Assembly (NCBI GenBank): GCA_949358305.1
Contig: OX442314.1
Location: forward strand, 21,266,001-21,330,000
From: Strigamia acuminata
Lineage: Eukaryota
Direction: 5' to 3'
Length of the DNA stretch: 64,000 nucleotides
How positions within the stretch are numbered: position 1 is the first letter of the stretch; each line of letters opens with the position of its first letter. Position numbers and translations under genes: made by a program. Positions 24,988 through 39,500 of this stretch are shown here, one piece after another. Below the pieces are notes generated by a model. The model saw nothing but the letters and a program-made list of their open reading frames with translations, was not told where the DNA came from and did no database searches.

Positions 24988-27266
24988 GGCTGAAATGAAA
25001 AATTAAGTTGCCAATAATATTAAGAATAGATATAATAACTGGTGGTTTCTTGCGGGGTAAATATAATGAGAAACGAAGGTAATAATCGAGTGAAGAAGTG
25101 GTCAGATGACTACACTCGGAAGTGCATAATACCAGACCAGACCGCACTAGACGATGATAAGTAAATCTGCAGAAACCGTAAAGTTTATCGCTATAACATT
25201 CCAGTTCATATTTTTTAATTTTGTTTTAAAAAATCTTAATTCTTTTTTTAAAAATCTTTTACAAGCGCAAAAATCAAAATTAAATTACAAAAATGTGGTT
25301 ATATTTGGGTTATAGTCTGTGTGCACGGTGTGCACTCTACCGCTAAGACTTTGTAACATATTTTTCTCAAGAAAAAAAAAGAAGTCTCTTTTGTGTTTTA
25401 TTTTTCCGAAACAGATATGCAGTTTAAAAAAAGAAAAGAAAATTGAACATTGAAAAAATGAATACTAAGTAGTTAAAATGAATGTTGAGAGTACAATTTT
25501 AATGTATATCGTTGCCACTGGATGTCCCTGAAACGTGTCTGTTTTGACGCGGTTTTTACCTCACTTGTCAGTTTTTGAAAATAAGTTCATTACTTTTTTT
25601 TATGTTTTAAAAACTTTTTTTCCATTGTATCTTTCCGGGGCATATCTCAGACATTGATGACAACTTGAATAACCATACATTATATCGGCATTTTATTTTT
25701 CACCAAAGTTTCCTCGTTTTACACCAAAAAAAAAACATTACGAAATTGTGCTTTTGTTAGGGAAAACATCCTCCTCGTGCGGGCGTCATTTCATTCTGTT
25801 GGCCAGATGGCATTATTGTCATGTTACGAAATATCTTTAGGAAAGTATTTTCACTTAATTCCTTTCATTGCCATTTTGTATTGTACCAGTAACTCTGACA
25901 GTACTGTGATATGAAACTCTTGGTCCTACTGATCGTTCTGGCATGGTCTTCAGGTTGAAAGAAAACATTTCTTTAATTATTAGATAATTGAAATTTTTAT
26001 TTTGTTTAGTGACATTGTGTGTGGGACTATGTGAAGAAGATAGTGAGTTTTGTATCCCATTCGTGTATAATAACTGTGGGAAACTACCAGGAACCACTTG
26101 TCAGTTCAAAGGGATGTCGCCTTGCTGTCTGAAAAAAGTAATGAATACCGTATACAGTGTAAAATATATTGATTGGAGATTGTTTGTTTGCATATTTATT
26201 TATACTTACAGCTACAATGACCGTCCAATCAAGGATTTACACTCCAAAAAATAGAACAGGAAGTGATGTTTTATTAACAGATTAATATTTGGTTTTTTGA
26301 TTCATATTGTGGTAAACGGTTTAAATGAAAAATAAAATGTAACTTCCTTGGCTGTTTGTTGCTTCATTAATTTCCCATACGGTATTAACGATCCAATAAC
26401 ACTACGAATCTAAAACAACATGGCAGTGCAGCATAGAATAATACAGACGTGTCATGGCACTCGCACATTACTTCTGCTCCAGAAGACAATTCAAAATACT
26501 ATTTTAAGAAGCGGTTTTCTTTATGATTTTTGTAATTTTATCACAATTAGGCGTCACCCGATCGTCTGGGCACAATTTTTTTTGGCGATTTTATTAATAA
26601 AACGGTTTAATTTATTAGCCTTGTTTTTATTGTGTATCCAGCTAAACAATGAGAATTAGGTGGGAGAACATTTTAGTGCACTCGAGTATAATAATATCGG
26701 GAAGAATTCAATTTTATCATTGTTAAGATTTTCTAAAGATGAAGAAAAGTAATCTTGCATAATACAAAGAATTTTTATATTTTTTATTTTTTATTTTTTA
26801 CTTGGATTGTATTCCTGGATGTAGTTCTACGTCAAAAAATAATGATAACTGTAATTTAACTACCAGTTGTATTTTATTTCCATCCAACTATATCGCAGCT
26901 GCTTCTTTCATTTCATACTGTACCTGTTCTTTAAAATTAAAATACATCGTTCCCTAAAGAAACAACAACACATAATGTAAAATATAGTAAGAATAACAGA
27001 AGGAGATATTTTAAAATTACAAACCAATAAAAATATTACCTTAAAGAAATTCCTAATGTATTGTATTTGGATCCACTGTTCTTTACTTCTGGCCCAATGT
27101 TTGCCAGGTTAGGTTAGGTCAGGTCAGGTTAGGTCGAGTTAGGTTTGGTTAGGTTAGGTCAGGTTATTATTATTATTATTAAATTTTATATTATATTATA
27201 TTATTAAAATACCTTAATCAAACAGAAACATCGAAATCACTGCCAAACAATAATTTACTCTCATTC

Positions 27267-27407
27267 GCAGAACTCGTGAAAAGATGGAAATTGCGACAGC
27301 AACTAATCAATTTACTTTGGCGTCGCTGGACGCATGAATACCTGGTAGAACTCAGAGAATTTCGTCGTATTCGAGCATCGAAAGAAATACAAGTTGGAGA
27401 TTTGGTC
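27267..27407 (+). pseudogene. Fragment of BEL/Pao LTR-retrotransposon polyprotein C-terminus (DUF5641-like)
   Basis: Translates as AELVKRWKLRQQLINLLWRRWTHEYLVELREFRRIRASKEIQVGDLV, matching the W..Q...(F)W.RW..EYL..L...VGDLV pattern found after Pao integrase. There is no start codon and no other pol domain. Confidence 0.75.
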
Positions 27408-27713
27408 CATGGAATTGGAATAAAAAAGTCTAACCCAAAATAGGAATGCATTTTGAGTTTGGATTGTGTTGCATAGTATTTTGATGTCTTATTAGTACGT
27501 TTCTTTTTCCAGCATTCTTGTGAGAGATCGAGATCTTCATGGCAAAATGCAAAAGCGCCAACTGTGGCCTAATGCCATTAAATTTCGTTTAATTAAACCT
27601 AGGACGATTTACTACAGGACTTCACATCTAGCAAAATTTCATTGTTAGACCGTCAAGCGATTCTGTCTTGTGATTGTAGCACCATTCAGCAGAAATGGCA
27701 CAAAATGACGTCA

Positions 27714-27919
27714 TTTTGCGGGCAAATGGCGGACAACTGACATGCATTTTAAGAGGACATTCATATTTTATGTTTAAGTTAAAAATAATATCTGAAAATT
27801 ATTTATTACAATTTTAGATATTATTTTTAAATCAAACGTCAAATAAAATTGAAATATGTTATAACATCCTCCAAAAATGTGAATGTGGGATGTCAATTGT
27901 CCGCCATTTGCCCGCAAAA
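27714..27919. mobile_element. MITE-like inverted repeat
   Basis: 30-bp TIRs TTTTGCGGGCAAATGGCGGACAACTGACAT / ATGTCAATTGTCCGCCATTTGCCCGCAAAA (1 mismatch). Confidence 0.8.
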
Positions 27920-30900
27920 AGTTTTAACAATGCAACGACAGATTGCTCCTTCTTCGCATTTCTACGGGACAACTTAGATTTCAAAAAAATGGCAGATGTG
28001 AAGGAGATATTTTAAAATTACAAACCAATAAAAATATTACCTTAAAGAAATTCCTAATATATTGTATTTGGATCCTCATGAAAAAAAAAAGAAAAAAAAT
28101 CTATAATGCTAAATAATAAAATTTGTATGAAACTTTAATAACTGCAAACAGAAACATCGGAATCGCTGCCAAACAATAATTTACTCTCATTAATCGCGGA
28201 CTACACCAGCCAGAGGACGCCACTTGTCAGATCACGAGACCACCATTGTGGTGATGTTAAATTTTGCCAGATTGTGTTTGAGTATTAATTTTAGTTCTAG
28301 AAATGATAAATGTTCTTTTAAAATGGTGATGGAGAGGTTTATGGAAACCAGTAAGTTTTGGGGAATTCGGGAATACGTTTATTACTATTTATCCACCAAG
28401 TGTCAGCATGTTCGATGAATATGAAATCAAAACTGAACTTAATTAAGAGAGGCCAGTGACAGTATCAGAAAGCATCGGTTGAAGCCTTTGAGAAATGAAT
28501 TAATTAAATCACTTTTGCCCCCATAATTCATATTTTTATTCACGCAGTAGACATAATTAATTTTGTACACGACCAACTTTTTAAATTTATTAATCGAAAC
28601 ACCTTAAACAAGAGCGGCCATTCTTCATGTTTTTATTCGGTAGTTGTCCTTTGCATACATTTGCACTACAAAAATGAGGCTAAAACTATTTAGAAATTCG
28701 TTTTGCTTGCAAATTTTCTTCTTCTAGGTCTCCACCCCTCATACTTTTCATAATTCTTTTTTATTTTTTTTATTTTTGAATTAAAAAAAAAAGGTTCCTG
28801 GTCACGTATGAATTCTTTTCAGAGCATGAAGAAATATAACAAATAGGATTCACCTACTTTCACCTTATTATTCATCTTGTCCTTCCACATTGACCACAGA
28901 TGCTAATGTGTTTAATTTATTGAAACAGGAAATATCGCCATCGGTGCAATGAGTAAACTGGTTTGAGATTTCTATTTTAGTTTGCTGATTTCTTTTTATT
29001 GTGGGCATTAAGAGTTTGTCATTTGATAACACTTAATTATGTGATAAACAAATTATAATTATTCATGATGATTTTTATTTATTTATTACTTTTAATAAAT
29101 TAACTGTATATATATATTTTTTATTACAGAAGCAGAAAAGATGATTTGTTATACAGACAACAGTTTTTCAAAGGTAATATATCTTGTGTAAACAAGTTAT
29201 TAACCATTTCCATTTTTCAGACTAAACTTATTCGGAAACAAAATGCACTAAAGATCTAGTTTATTTGAATATTTCCAAGTAACACAATGAACAATTAATC
29301 ATCGCATTTAGATAGATACGATGTTTAATATCGTATCTGCATAGATGCGATGTTAAATCAATCATCCATGTACTGGGGTTGTTATTTTAATCTCTTTTAA
29401 ATGTAAACTTCTTCAAAAGTTGCACAAGTTTTTGCCTATCGACAGAATTGTACTCTGTAAATGCGCTAAGTATGCTTTTAAGGAAATTTAAGCCTTGAAG
29501 ATGCTGCGTAGAGAGAAGGAAATAGAAAACTAGTTTGGATTCTATTAACTTCTTAATTTACTTAAAAATTAACCGTGTACAACTAGTTTACATACCTCTA
29601 CTCTATTGTGGGAAGAAAGATCAGTAGGTTTATGATTCTGTTGGAGTCCCGGGTAGCTTAATTGGTGGTCTGGAAAAAACGGGAGTACAGGCAGTTTTGG
29701 TTATTCAAGCAGAAATTTGGAGGCGGGAGTAAAGACCGTGAATTTTCCTGCGCAGTAGTAACAGTGAAATCGATTTAACCAGTTAGAATTATCATCAGGG
29801 AGATGATACATTATTAATTGGACGTTCTAATTCTCCCATTTCATTTTGCTAGTTTTCAAATTCTTTATTATACTGCATAAATATGCATGATGATTAATTT
29901 CGACTTAATTTTTTTTGGTAATGAAGGAAAAAAGGTGGAAAATTTTAATTCTTATTTGCCAATTCATTTAGCTCTCTTTAGTAGCTCTATAGCCTTGTAG
30001 GGTTAAACGTGGTTTGAATATCTGGGTTATAGCCTACCTATGTTAAAACTGAGAAAGTATTTACACTTTTGCCATTCTAATAAGTCAAGGAGGAGAAAAA
30101 ATAATTGACCAAAATACTAAAAACACAGAAACTCAATTTGGTGCAGAAATCAAGTCACTCGAATTGTGCACTCACCTAAAAACTCCTTAGAGTAGTCGCA
30201 GGAGAAAATTAAAAATAGCCTAAAGTGATGTCTCTTTTCCAAAAGAGAACGAATTTCAACGATGATGCAAATACATAACTGACGATGCTGATGGACTATT
30301 AACCCACTTGTTGTCCAACCTAATTGACAAAAAAATAGCCCTAAGCAAGAAACCAGTTGTGTAATTCAAAAACACTCAATTTTGCTTTCAATTTTTTTCA
30401 TTCCAATCAACAAATTGTAAATATTAATATCGAGTTAAAATTGTTGGAAATTGCATAATGTTGTCATAATAAATAGGCTAATCTCTTGGCAGTATTGCTG
30501 GTGCTTGTCAACGGGAGCTAAGTCTACTGCTTTGTTGCACTTGGTGTATTGTTTTTGTCTTTATTCTGTTTGTTCTCACCCTCGAATTGTGGCCGCCCTC
30601 GAATAGTAGCCGCGGCTGAGACACCAAGAAAACCGTATTTTTGCAAAAGTACGGTATTGTTTCCGCGCTTAGTACGCTTCGTTTGTGACGTTCAGACTTT
30701 GCTTGTTACATTAAACAAATGTAACAAACGAAAAACCGAAATTGTAATTGGTGACAAAAATGGCAGTTTTGAATAAGAGCCGCGGCTCTTAATCGATAAG
30801 ATACGGTAATTATTAATTTCTAACTCTGTCCCAACAAGCAAAACAATTGAGAGCTATCAGCTTCAGCTGTTGGTGTTAAACTAGCGGTATTAAGTTATTT

Positions 30901-33900
30901 TAGTTTTACGTTAATGTGTGTACAGAAGTTAGACTCATTTGTTTATTGACTTGGTTTTGCTATGAATCTTTTTTGTGTGATGTTTTAAGTGCAGAAGTGT
31001 GACTAATTTACAAATTGCTGTGCACATTGACTAACTTGGCAATGGATGTAATCTTGAAACTACTTTTTTTTGTACTTTTTATCAGCTGAACTGATCTCAC
31101 TCGTTTCTATGCGGGAAGAATTTAAAGTAAGGAATCAAACCCAAATGAGGGGACTGTCATACTACAAAAAATAAATTTAAAAAAAAATGAAAATTTTTTA
31201 TATTAATATTTTTATCCCATTAAAAAAAATTCAGTTCCAAAACGTTTGTTGCTATCTTGGAATCAGTAAAATGAGAATCGAGTCCTTCAACTGATAAAAA
31301 CAGAAGGTTAAAGTCAAAACTTGTGTGTGTAGTTCTATGGTCAATGACAATGTGAAATTTCACTGACAACATGGTGATGACCTGCTGTGTTGTTTATTTT
31401 TTTTTAGATGTGTTAATTTGGTGGACATTTACCCGTCAAATAACATTTTTGTACCAAACATTTGCAGCAGAAGGGCCTCATGCGGCTATAAGGGGCAAGG
31501 GCCCCCAAATTCCAAAACAAAAATTTTTTCTAAAGCAAAAATTGCAAAAACAATTTTTTTGGACACAAGGGTTCCCAAAAAAGGCTGCGAGAAGGGCCCC
31601 ACAGACCAGAAATCCGCCTCCGATTTGTGGGAGCAGTTTTGGTCATTTTTATCAACATCACAGGTCAATAACACGTTTTCATGCAGGAAAAATTCCTTTT
31701 ATTAAATTTATACAATTCTTATTGGGACCAGGAATGGAAGTAACAAATATATTTCAGTTTAAGAAATTAAAATTGATTTTTTTTTTGGTGCAGAAACGTG
31801 CTTTTTTATATGGATAGAAACTGGAATTTTAAATCCAAATCCGCAAAGGCAACACTTGATAAACGTTTTGATATGTCAGAGATGTATTGGGTGTAATCAC
31901 GTTGAGGAAATATTGTTTTTATCCTAACGACGAGTGTAGGGACTAAACCTGATTTGAGGTCAGGTAGATCACGTTTCATTCTTCAAGGTAATGTCAGTAA
32001 GGAGCGAGATGATGATCTGTTTTTACAAGTAGTTTGAATATTTGATCAAAACAAGTTAACTCTGCACCCCGGATGTATTTCAGTAGCAATTTGGTTTGAA
32101 ATTATAAAATATTCGTATGAACGTACAGTGGATTTTCCGAATGAGTTCAATCATCTCTTATACTCGGAGAAATTCAATGAACTGGAACTTGCTTCTGCGA
32201 GCATTTTATTTTAACGAACCACGACATGCTGGTTTCCACCCAAAAAAAGGCGGGAAAAATGTATTCAACTTGGTTTCATTTCTTTCCCACCCGATGATTG
32301 ACCTCATTTTTCACTCAATTCTGATGATACTCAACGTGGTGTGATAATAAAAGCAAGAAAGGAGTATACTTAAGTTTTACCAGACCTAATTCTGGTTGAA
32401 ATCTATCAAAATATTATTATTATTATTATTATTATTACTAAAATTGCTGCTTTAACTTGTGCTACTGGTTTGTTAACTATAGTTATTAAAGATTAGCAGG
32501 TGTAATCTCTAAGTGTCAAAACGTCGGAATTGTTTTTTAAAATCTGGAGCTTTGCCACTCGTATATAGGCTAAGGATGTTATTTTTTGTAATTAAAAAAA
32601 TTGTGTATTAATTTAAAAAATATTAATTTGAATTTCTTCTTCAACAGTTTGCTTGCATTCGTCACGGTGCATTTGGATTGGAAGGTTACTGAAATTCTAA
32701 TGGTGTGTTATGGTCTCGTGGATTTAACACTATGATTACAGCTGTTGGCAGCTTGGCGATATCAAGCGGGTAAGAGAATTAAAAAAAAATGGATGAAACG
32801 GTCAATTTTATTTATTAATTATTTTTTTTTAAAATTAAAATTAAAACTTTTTATTATGATTGTTTTTCGACATGTATAAAGGAGAAATTCAATATTTTCC
32901 TTCGAGAATAATCCGAAAATTGCAGTTTACAGCTAAATTAGCAAATTAGTGAACATCAAATTTTATTGTCTTCATTTTGGCAGCACTCGGAAGCTTCATG
33001 GACATGGGTTAACCACTTTCCTGCATGGCCATTATGGTCAGATCAATTATTAACTGCAGCAGTCAGGTAAGTAATTACATTGAGGTTTGATTCTGAGCAA
33101 ACCGGCCTATTAAGTTGTGTTTTCATTGCAGCAAGTTCCGTGCAATTGATAGTTTTACTATTTTTGCACTACGTTATTACACGATTCGTTACAAATGGAC
33201 AGTGGAACTGATGGCTTTGGACTTTTTTTGTCGTAATCCTGGGACATTTTGTTAGATTTTTGTTGTTGCTTCGAGAAATCACCAATCAAAGGTACACAAT
33301 AACAATATCGTACCCTTATTCTATTTGAACTTACCATAATTGCTAATTCGTTAGTTTATTATTGCAATTTTGAGCTGCTACAAATTGCTCGCGTTTTTCT
33401 ACAAGTTGGCACTTATATCAGCTTGTTTCTAATTATAATCGTGCAATTTCTAATTTTGTGGATGTATTTTTTTAATGCGATGTAAACCTAGTTTGGGTTT
33501 TTTTTTTACTGTGTTGCTGAGAATTTACGACGTCATTAACGTTGTGTTTTAATAGCAGACTTATGACATGTCCATAAAGATTGAGTGACATCATTAGTCA
33601 AATATGCAAAGCCCGTTTTACTACCTCTACTGTCAAAATTATCTTTCTAAGAAACGATCGAAACGGAAAGCGAGTCAGGTATTTGCATTCTGCTAATGAA
33701 TTGAACAATTTTTCTCAGGTAAACAAATTGTATTTGATTTTAATGGCGATGCAAGATTTATTTATTTATTTGTTTGTTTAATAATTTTGAAATTTGCGCA
33801 TATTTTCGCGGAGTCAAAGTTGATTAAACTTTGAAATGTGGAAAAAATTACAGTAATTTTATGCTGTTGTAGCTACTCTTCTCTGATATTTTTTTCCCCC

Positions 33901-34742
33901 TTTCAATATCACGAATTTATCTGCAAAATCGTGCGCTTATCGCACAAAATCTGAATTTTTCGGTAATGAGTTGAAAGGTAGTTTCCAAGCGAAATAAAAT
34001 TAATTTGCAAAACACGAATTTTTTAATTTTCCATTAAAATTTTTATTATAAATCACAAGTTTTAACCTTGTACATTTAGCGCCGGAACATTTCCCTTTCT
34101 TTCACATGCTAAATTTAATATTTAAGCATCCTGGCTGGAATTCCCATCAAATAGGCGGCCTAAAATTATAACTCTCATTTAGGCAGCTGATAATTAAAAG
34201 CCTACACCTATTGTCTCAGGTGTGGAAAACGTGAATCGTGATTGCACACAGCCAAGAGGGATATGTTAAAAAAAAGTAGCTGTTTATCTTTGTTTACTAA
34301 ATTGCACAAATCCGTCAGTCTAAAAATTTCTTGACAGTTATCCTTGAAGGACCAATTCCAAATTTGGATTGTGATAATTCGGTTTTCTTTTTGTTGAGGG
34401 AGAGCAGGAAGCAACTTTTAAAGATAAAGCTGAAAGGCATTCAAAAATGTTTTTCTCTTTCATCTCAAAATGGTTTGAAAACCTTGGAAGCTTGAACAAT
34501 AGAATAATTTTTTTTTTTTTAAATATTTTAGATTTTTAATTCACATTTTGAATTGAACCACTGTTCAACTTGGTTTTGACATTTAAATTAGTTGAATTAT
34601 GATCAATGTTTCCTAATTTAGATATATCATCCAATCTTGCTTCAATCAATGCCAATGAAACCATTTTATTGCTTTTAGAGACTGGAAACTCCAATTTTAT
34701 TGCTTGTAAATTCGAATATTGCGATATTTTTTACCTGAAGAG

Positions 34743-35022
34743 CCAGGCCGGATTTAGTTATTGCGGGCCCCCTAAGCACACAATTTTTTGTCTCCCCCCC
34801 AAAAAAAAAGTTTCATCTTATAAAAATCTAAAAAATACGCTTATTATTAGAGATTTTGCGATTTTTTTTCAACTTATAACTTATAAAGTATAAGTTAGAA
34901 GTTAGAAACAGTAAAAATAAACTTATGGAACAGATCTATAAGTTGCCCTATACAAAGGGGCCCCGATGGGTGGGGGTCCCCTAAGCAACTGCTTATTTTG
35001 CTTATACGTAAATCCGGCCTTG
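34743..35022. mobile_element. hAT MITE
   Basis: TIRs CCAGGCCGGATTTA / TAAATCCGGCCTTG with 8-bp TSD CTGAAGAG / CTGAGGAG. Confidence 0.8.
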
Positions 35023-36552
35023 CTGAGGAGTCGTAGATGCACGTTTAACTTGCAGTTTCTCATGTTTTGTTGTATAAAAATCTTGCGCATGTCCACTGTG
35101 ACTGAAAACACTAAATCGGCCGCCATTTTTGAAGTTAGATCGAGAGAACTTTAAAAATGAGTCTAAATATGTGGTTTAAAATGCTGTTTAGTCTTAATCA
35201 CTTTCTGAATGCACCTAGTCTCCGTAGCAATTTCATTTAAACACGAACACATTTTTTTATACATGTAAGATAATGTGGGAAATCAATTTTGCACTTTTTA
35301 AAAAATCTCAGAATTTTGACAGGTGCAGACGTTTTGTTTTCCAGCTATACTTGTTTATTGAGTCTCGGTGAATTTCTGAGAAGTTTGTAGGTAGAATTTC
35401 ACCTATTTTATTTTGTTGAACTTACATTATCTACAATTTCACAGATATTTTGATTGTGTGATAAGAAGTGTCAAAGAGTACTGTAGACTCGGTCCACTGA
35501 ATATTAGTCATTGACTCGTATCCTTAATCCAAATGAAAACAAGATGTGTGAACAACAGTACTTTGATGTTGCAATGCAATATTTTCTTGAAATCTAATTA
35601 TTTTCGCATCAAGGTCAGAATTACTTCCTCTAAACTCTTAATAATAATTTCATCCACTTGCAATTTCATTGTCTGCAGGTTATTACAATTGAACAAGTTC
35701 AAAAAATTCAACATCCCATTTAAGCTTTTTTTTTTAATGTTTATTTTTATTTTACGTTTTGAAAAATATATATATAATTATCCTCACCTCGGGGCCTGCT
35801 TTTGCAGCATAACAAGGTCGTTGATCTTTACTTATACATGTTTCTGGGCATCTTGTATGCAGCTAATAGTGAGAACAAGTGTAAGAGTGAGTCAGTAGCT
35901 GAATATTGCTTGTTGTGTGAGGTGTGTCTTAAGCTCACTGAAAATGACTCCTCATGGCTGAATAATAAATATTTAGGTAAGTTAATCACTTTAATTTGAT
36001 AACTCAATTCATTGATAAATTTCCTTTATTGTATACATATATATTTTTTTAAAAGTTTTTATTAAACTGTTTTTATTTTTTTTTTTAAATTTTCCATTAT
36101 TATTATTTATCTTAAATTTTTTTTTTTAAATGACTCATTTTTTTCTTCCAATTTATTGTGTAATTTTTGGTCACAAAATGTGTCATGCCTCATTTTTTCC
36201 AAAGGTCAGGGAAGGAACTTAAATATTCGAATCTTAATACGGATTCCAAGAATTCTTTACCTAATGTGAAGATTTTAATGAGTTTTCCAAACATTTTCTT
36301 CCCCCCTTTTTATTTTAAACACCACTTAATTTTATGCACAGCAGTGAAATCAATGTTATGAGCCATCTGTTGCCTCTTTCTCTTTTGTATGTCATTCGAG
36401 GTGGGAAACAACATCTGCTCCCACCGGCCCCTCTTTTCCCTTTATATTAATACTATATAATTTTATTTTTACAGGTTCCATCTACTCATCAAGGTGCACA
36501 ACACTCAACACCATTTTAAAAAGACAAAGGAGAAGAATTTAAAAAATCCAAC

Positions 36553-39500
36553 ATGGCAGCAAAGTCGCCTTCTGTTCCATTCCAAAGAGGGAAAAGTAAA
36601 GTTTTTTACCAATCTGAAAGGGACAGCACTAAACTCACCCCTGGACCTTCTGATACTGGCCAAATATTTAAAGTGTCTAGAATTCCATCGTCTCCGGACG
36701 ACGAGGACTTACCTGACCAATGTATTGGAAATGCCAGTCCTCGCAGAAGTCCGAGCCACAAGTCACAAGATTCTGGTTTTTCCGACTCTGGCGGCGAGTC
36801 GGCGTCCGGAAGTTGCAATGGCAGTTTTTATAGACTCTGGAAAAAAGGTCTGGACGTGTCAAAATCGAATAATAATGTTGTAGCAAGTTGTGGACAGAAT
36901 TCTGGATATTTGGAGAAAAATGTGTCGGCAAACTTGGATGTCAAGGGAAACTTGAGGTCTTCAGCCAAGCTGTCCAAGTCCTGTGGTGATGGATTGGCTG
37001 GTGGTGGGTTGCCAATTGGTTATCACAATAAACGGTTACCTTATCCTCAGATAGCTGATACTGTGGTATCTTCTGAAGAGGATGATGTCAAGTGTGAGTT
37101 GGAATTTAAGCGCTGTTTGAAACTGGAGTTAAAGGATGTTAATCATTCAATAATGGCTGAAGGCGGTGCTGTTGAAGAGAGTGGGACTTTGCAGAAACTG
37201 TGTGGTGAAAAAGCGCTCAAATGGCATCTCAAGGGGTCTGTGAAACGGTAACTAAAAGGTTTATTTATTTGTTTTATTTTTAATACTGAAGTCGAGCTCT
37301 AGAGAATAAAGATAATATAATAATCTCTTTATAACGAATTGCGATATAACGAATTATTGATATAACGAATACCTAAAAATGGCTGGTCTGGTTGGCTGGC
37401 CATAGAACACCATGTTAAAAATTTTCGATGTAACGAATTCTTGTTATAACAAATTGATTTTTCGGGTTCCTTGCGATTCGTTATAAAGAGTTTCGACTGT
37501 AGTCCAACCTAATTTCTCCTGGCCATTATTCAAGATGTCAGTTAGGGATGGATCCAAGGGGGGTTGCTGTGGCTCCCATAAGCAATGGAAAAATTTCATT
37601 TTTAAGACCAAAAATTGATTTCTAGGTAAAAAATAACAATCCTTTTTGATTAGAAACGTTCAATTTTTGACCATAAACGTTCAATTTTTTCCCATAAACA
37701 TTCAATTTTTGACCATAAACGTTTAATTTTTTCCCATAAACGTTCAATTTTTGACCATAAACATTCAATTTTTGACCATAAATGTTCAATGTTTGACCCA
37801 TATGCATTCAATTTTTGAATGTGAAAAATTTAACCAAAATGGCCACCCTTTTGTACGTTTTCTGTATCCGGCCCAGATTTTAGTGGGCAACTATATATTT
37901 TGCAAACTTCTTTTCAATGTAGTTATAATTTTGTAGTTAAATATTTTGTTGCTATTCATGGTGGTGACTCGAGCAGCAACAATTTTCCATTTGAGTGTCA
38001 TATTTCTGTGCGACTTTTTGTTTACTTTCGTTTAATATTTTCTTCCATTTGTGCTCATTTCATCCCGATCTAATTTTTTTTTAATGTTGAGAAACACAAC
38101 ACCAAGTTTTTGCACTTTCACTTTAATAATATTTCAAGCAGGAAGTCATAATTTACACCGTATAGAAAAAGTTACCACTTTTCTGAGATAAGTTCTTTAA
38201 TTGCTTCAAAACAATAGGATGTACAGCTATTATGCTTTTTATACTTTTTTTAAAAACTTTTCAAATAAATTTAGCAAACATGCTATTTTTCCTTATCACC
38301 ACATGAGGGGGTTATAGGTGACAGGTGAACAACATCCAGTGAATTTCTTAAACTTAATCAAACAAGTGGAACAAATGACAGGAGGCATTTGATATTTATT
38401 TATTTACTTATTTTTTTTCTTCTTCCAATTTCTTTTTCAAGTAGTCGCTGTCAAATGTGAACTATAATGACTGACAGATATGAAAGTTGTGCTATAGAGG
38501 TCTTTAAATTGAAGAGCTTTTAAACTGTAAATTACATATTCAATTGTGGTGCAACCATGGGTAATTAATTTTTTAATATGTGAGTAAACTGACCTTGAAT
38601 GATGGGTGTGAGAACATGAGATATGAGAATAATTATTTTGGTTTAATTAAATTTGTCCATGGCATTTAAATAGCCAAAAAGCATTAAAAAGATACTTATC
38701 TTGCTTTTAATTCATCTCAAATTCTCGAAAAAGAATAAAACATTCATCTGATAGTGTTTTTAAATAGCAGCCGGGGCTTGAATTGTAGTCAGCGCTCGAA
38801 ATATACCGTGAAATTAAGGAGAATTTTGTTCCGGTTCGTAATAATTCTTTTTTCTCGTGATTTTGTAATTGTACGAATTATTTTTGTTGAATTTTGAAAT
38901 GGCGTTCCGGTTCGTGAAATTTTCCATTCCGAGCCCTGACATTGTAAATAGTAGTCAGTGCCACTAAGAAAACTTTACGTTTATTAAGTTAAATACATAA
39001 AAAAAGTCATAAATTTTTTTTATTGACGATTTTCTGTTTGCATAAATTTGTGTATGCGTGAGTAGAGTAGGGTTAATTTTATATATGTTAAAATATACAC
39101 AATTTCAATGAAGATGCAACTTGTTGAGTCTTAAAGTTATGAGTGTTGCATGTAATTTTTTTTCTCTTGCAGTTTTTATAGTGGTTTAGCAGCTCCATTA
39201 ACATGTTGGTTACAAGATGTACGAGTTATGACTGAAGTGGAATGCAACAACATGCTGCAGAATAAGGCAATCGCTAAGGATATGTCTCATCTCATAGCAA
39301 TGGCAATAAGAAACACACGAGGTTAGTCTAAATCACATTTTTCTATGAATTCCACGCATTTATTTATTCGTGTATTTGCTTTGTAGATAATTTTAGGGTT
39401 TTAAGAGCAAGATTTCAAATCGTTCGCACGAAATTCGACAAAATAATAAGGTAAATGTTGTTTGAATTAAAGAAAACGCGTTTGTGAGCAAAATATAAGT

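Noticed and set aside
25988..26254. ORF resembling a secreted Cys-rich, Kunitz-like peptide (MKFLFCLVTL..CIPFVYNNCG)
   Set aside because: It starts at TTG, the apparent signal peptide is a polypyrimidine tract ending at an acceptor, and the Cys spacing does not complete a Kunitz domain.
30560..30807. Possible pogo-like element ends (TACGGTA, GCCGCGGC)
   Set aside because: Two right-end-like motifs with no clear left end or TSD, so boundaries cannot be supported.
36401..36425. Possible Su(H) paired site upstream of the insc coding exon (GTGGGAA..CTCCCAC)
   Set aside because: The spacer is ~10 bp rather than 15-17, and both half-sites deviate from YGTGRGAA.
37622..37807. Repetitive ORF (KLNVYGQ)n and a CRISPR-like appearance
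   Set aside because: It is the translation of a 21-bp minisatellite with no unique spacers, in eukaryotic intron context.
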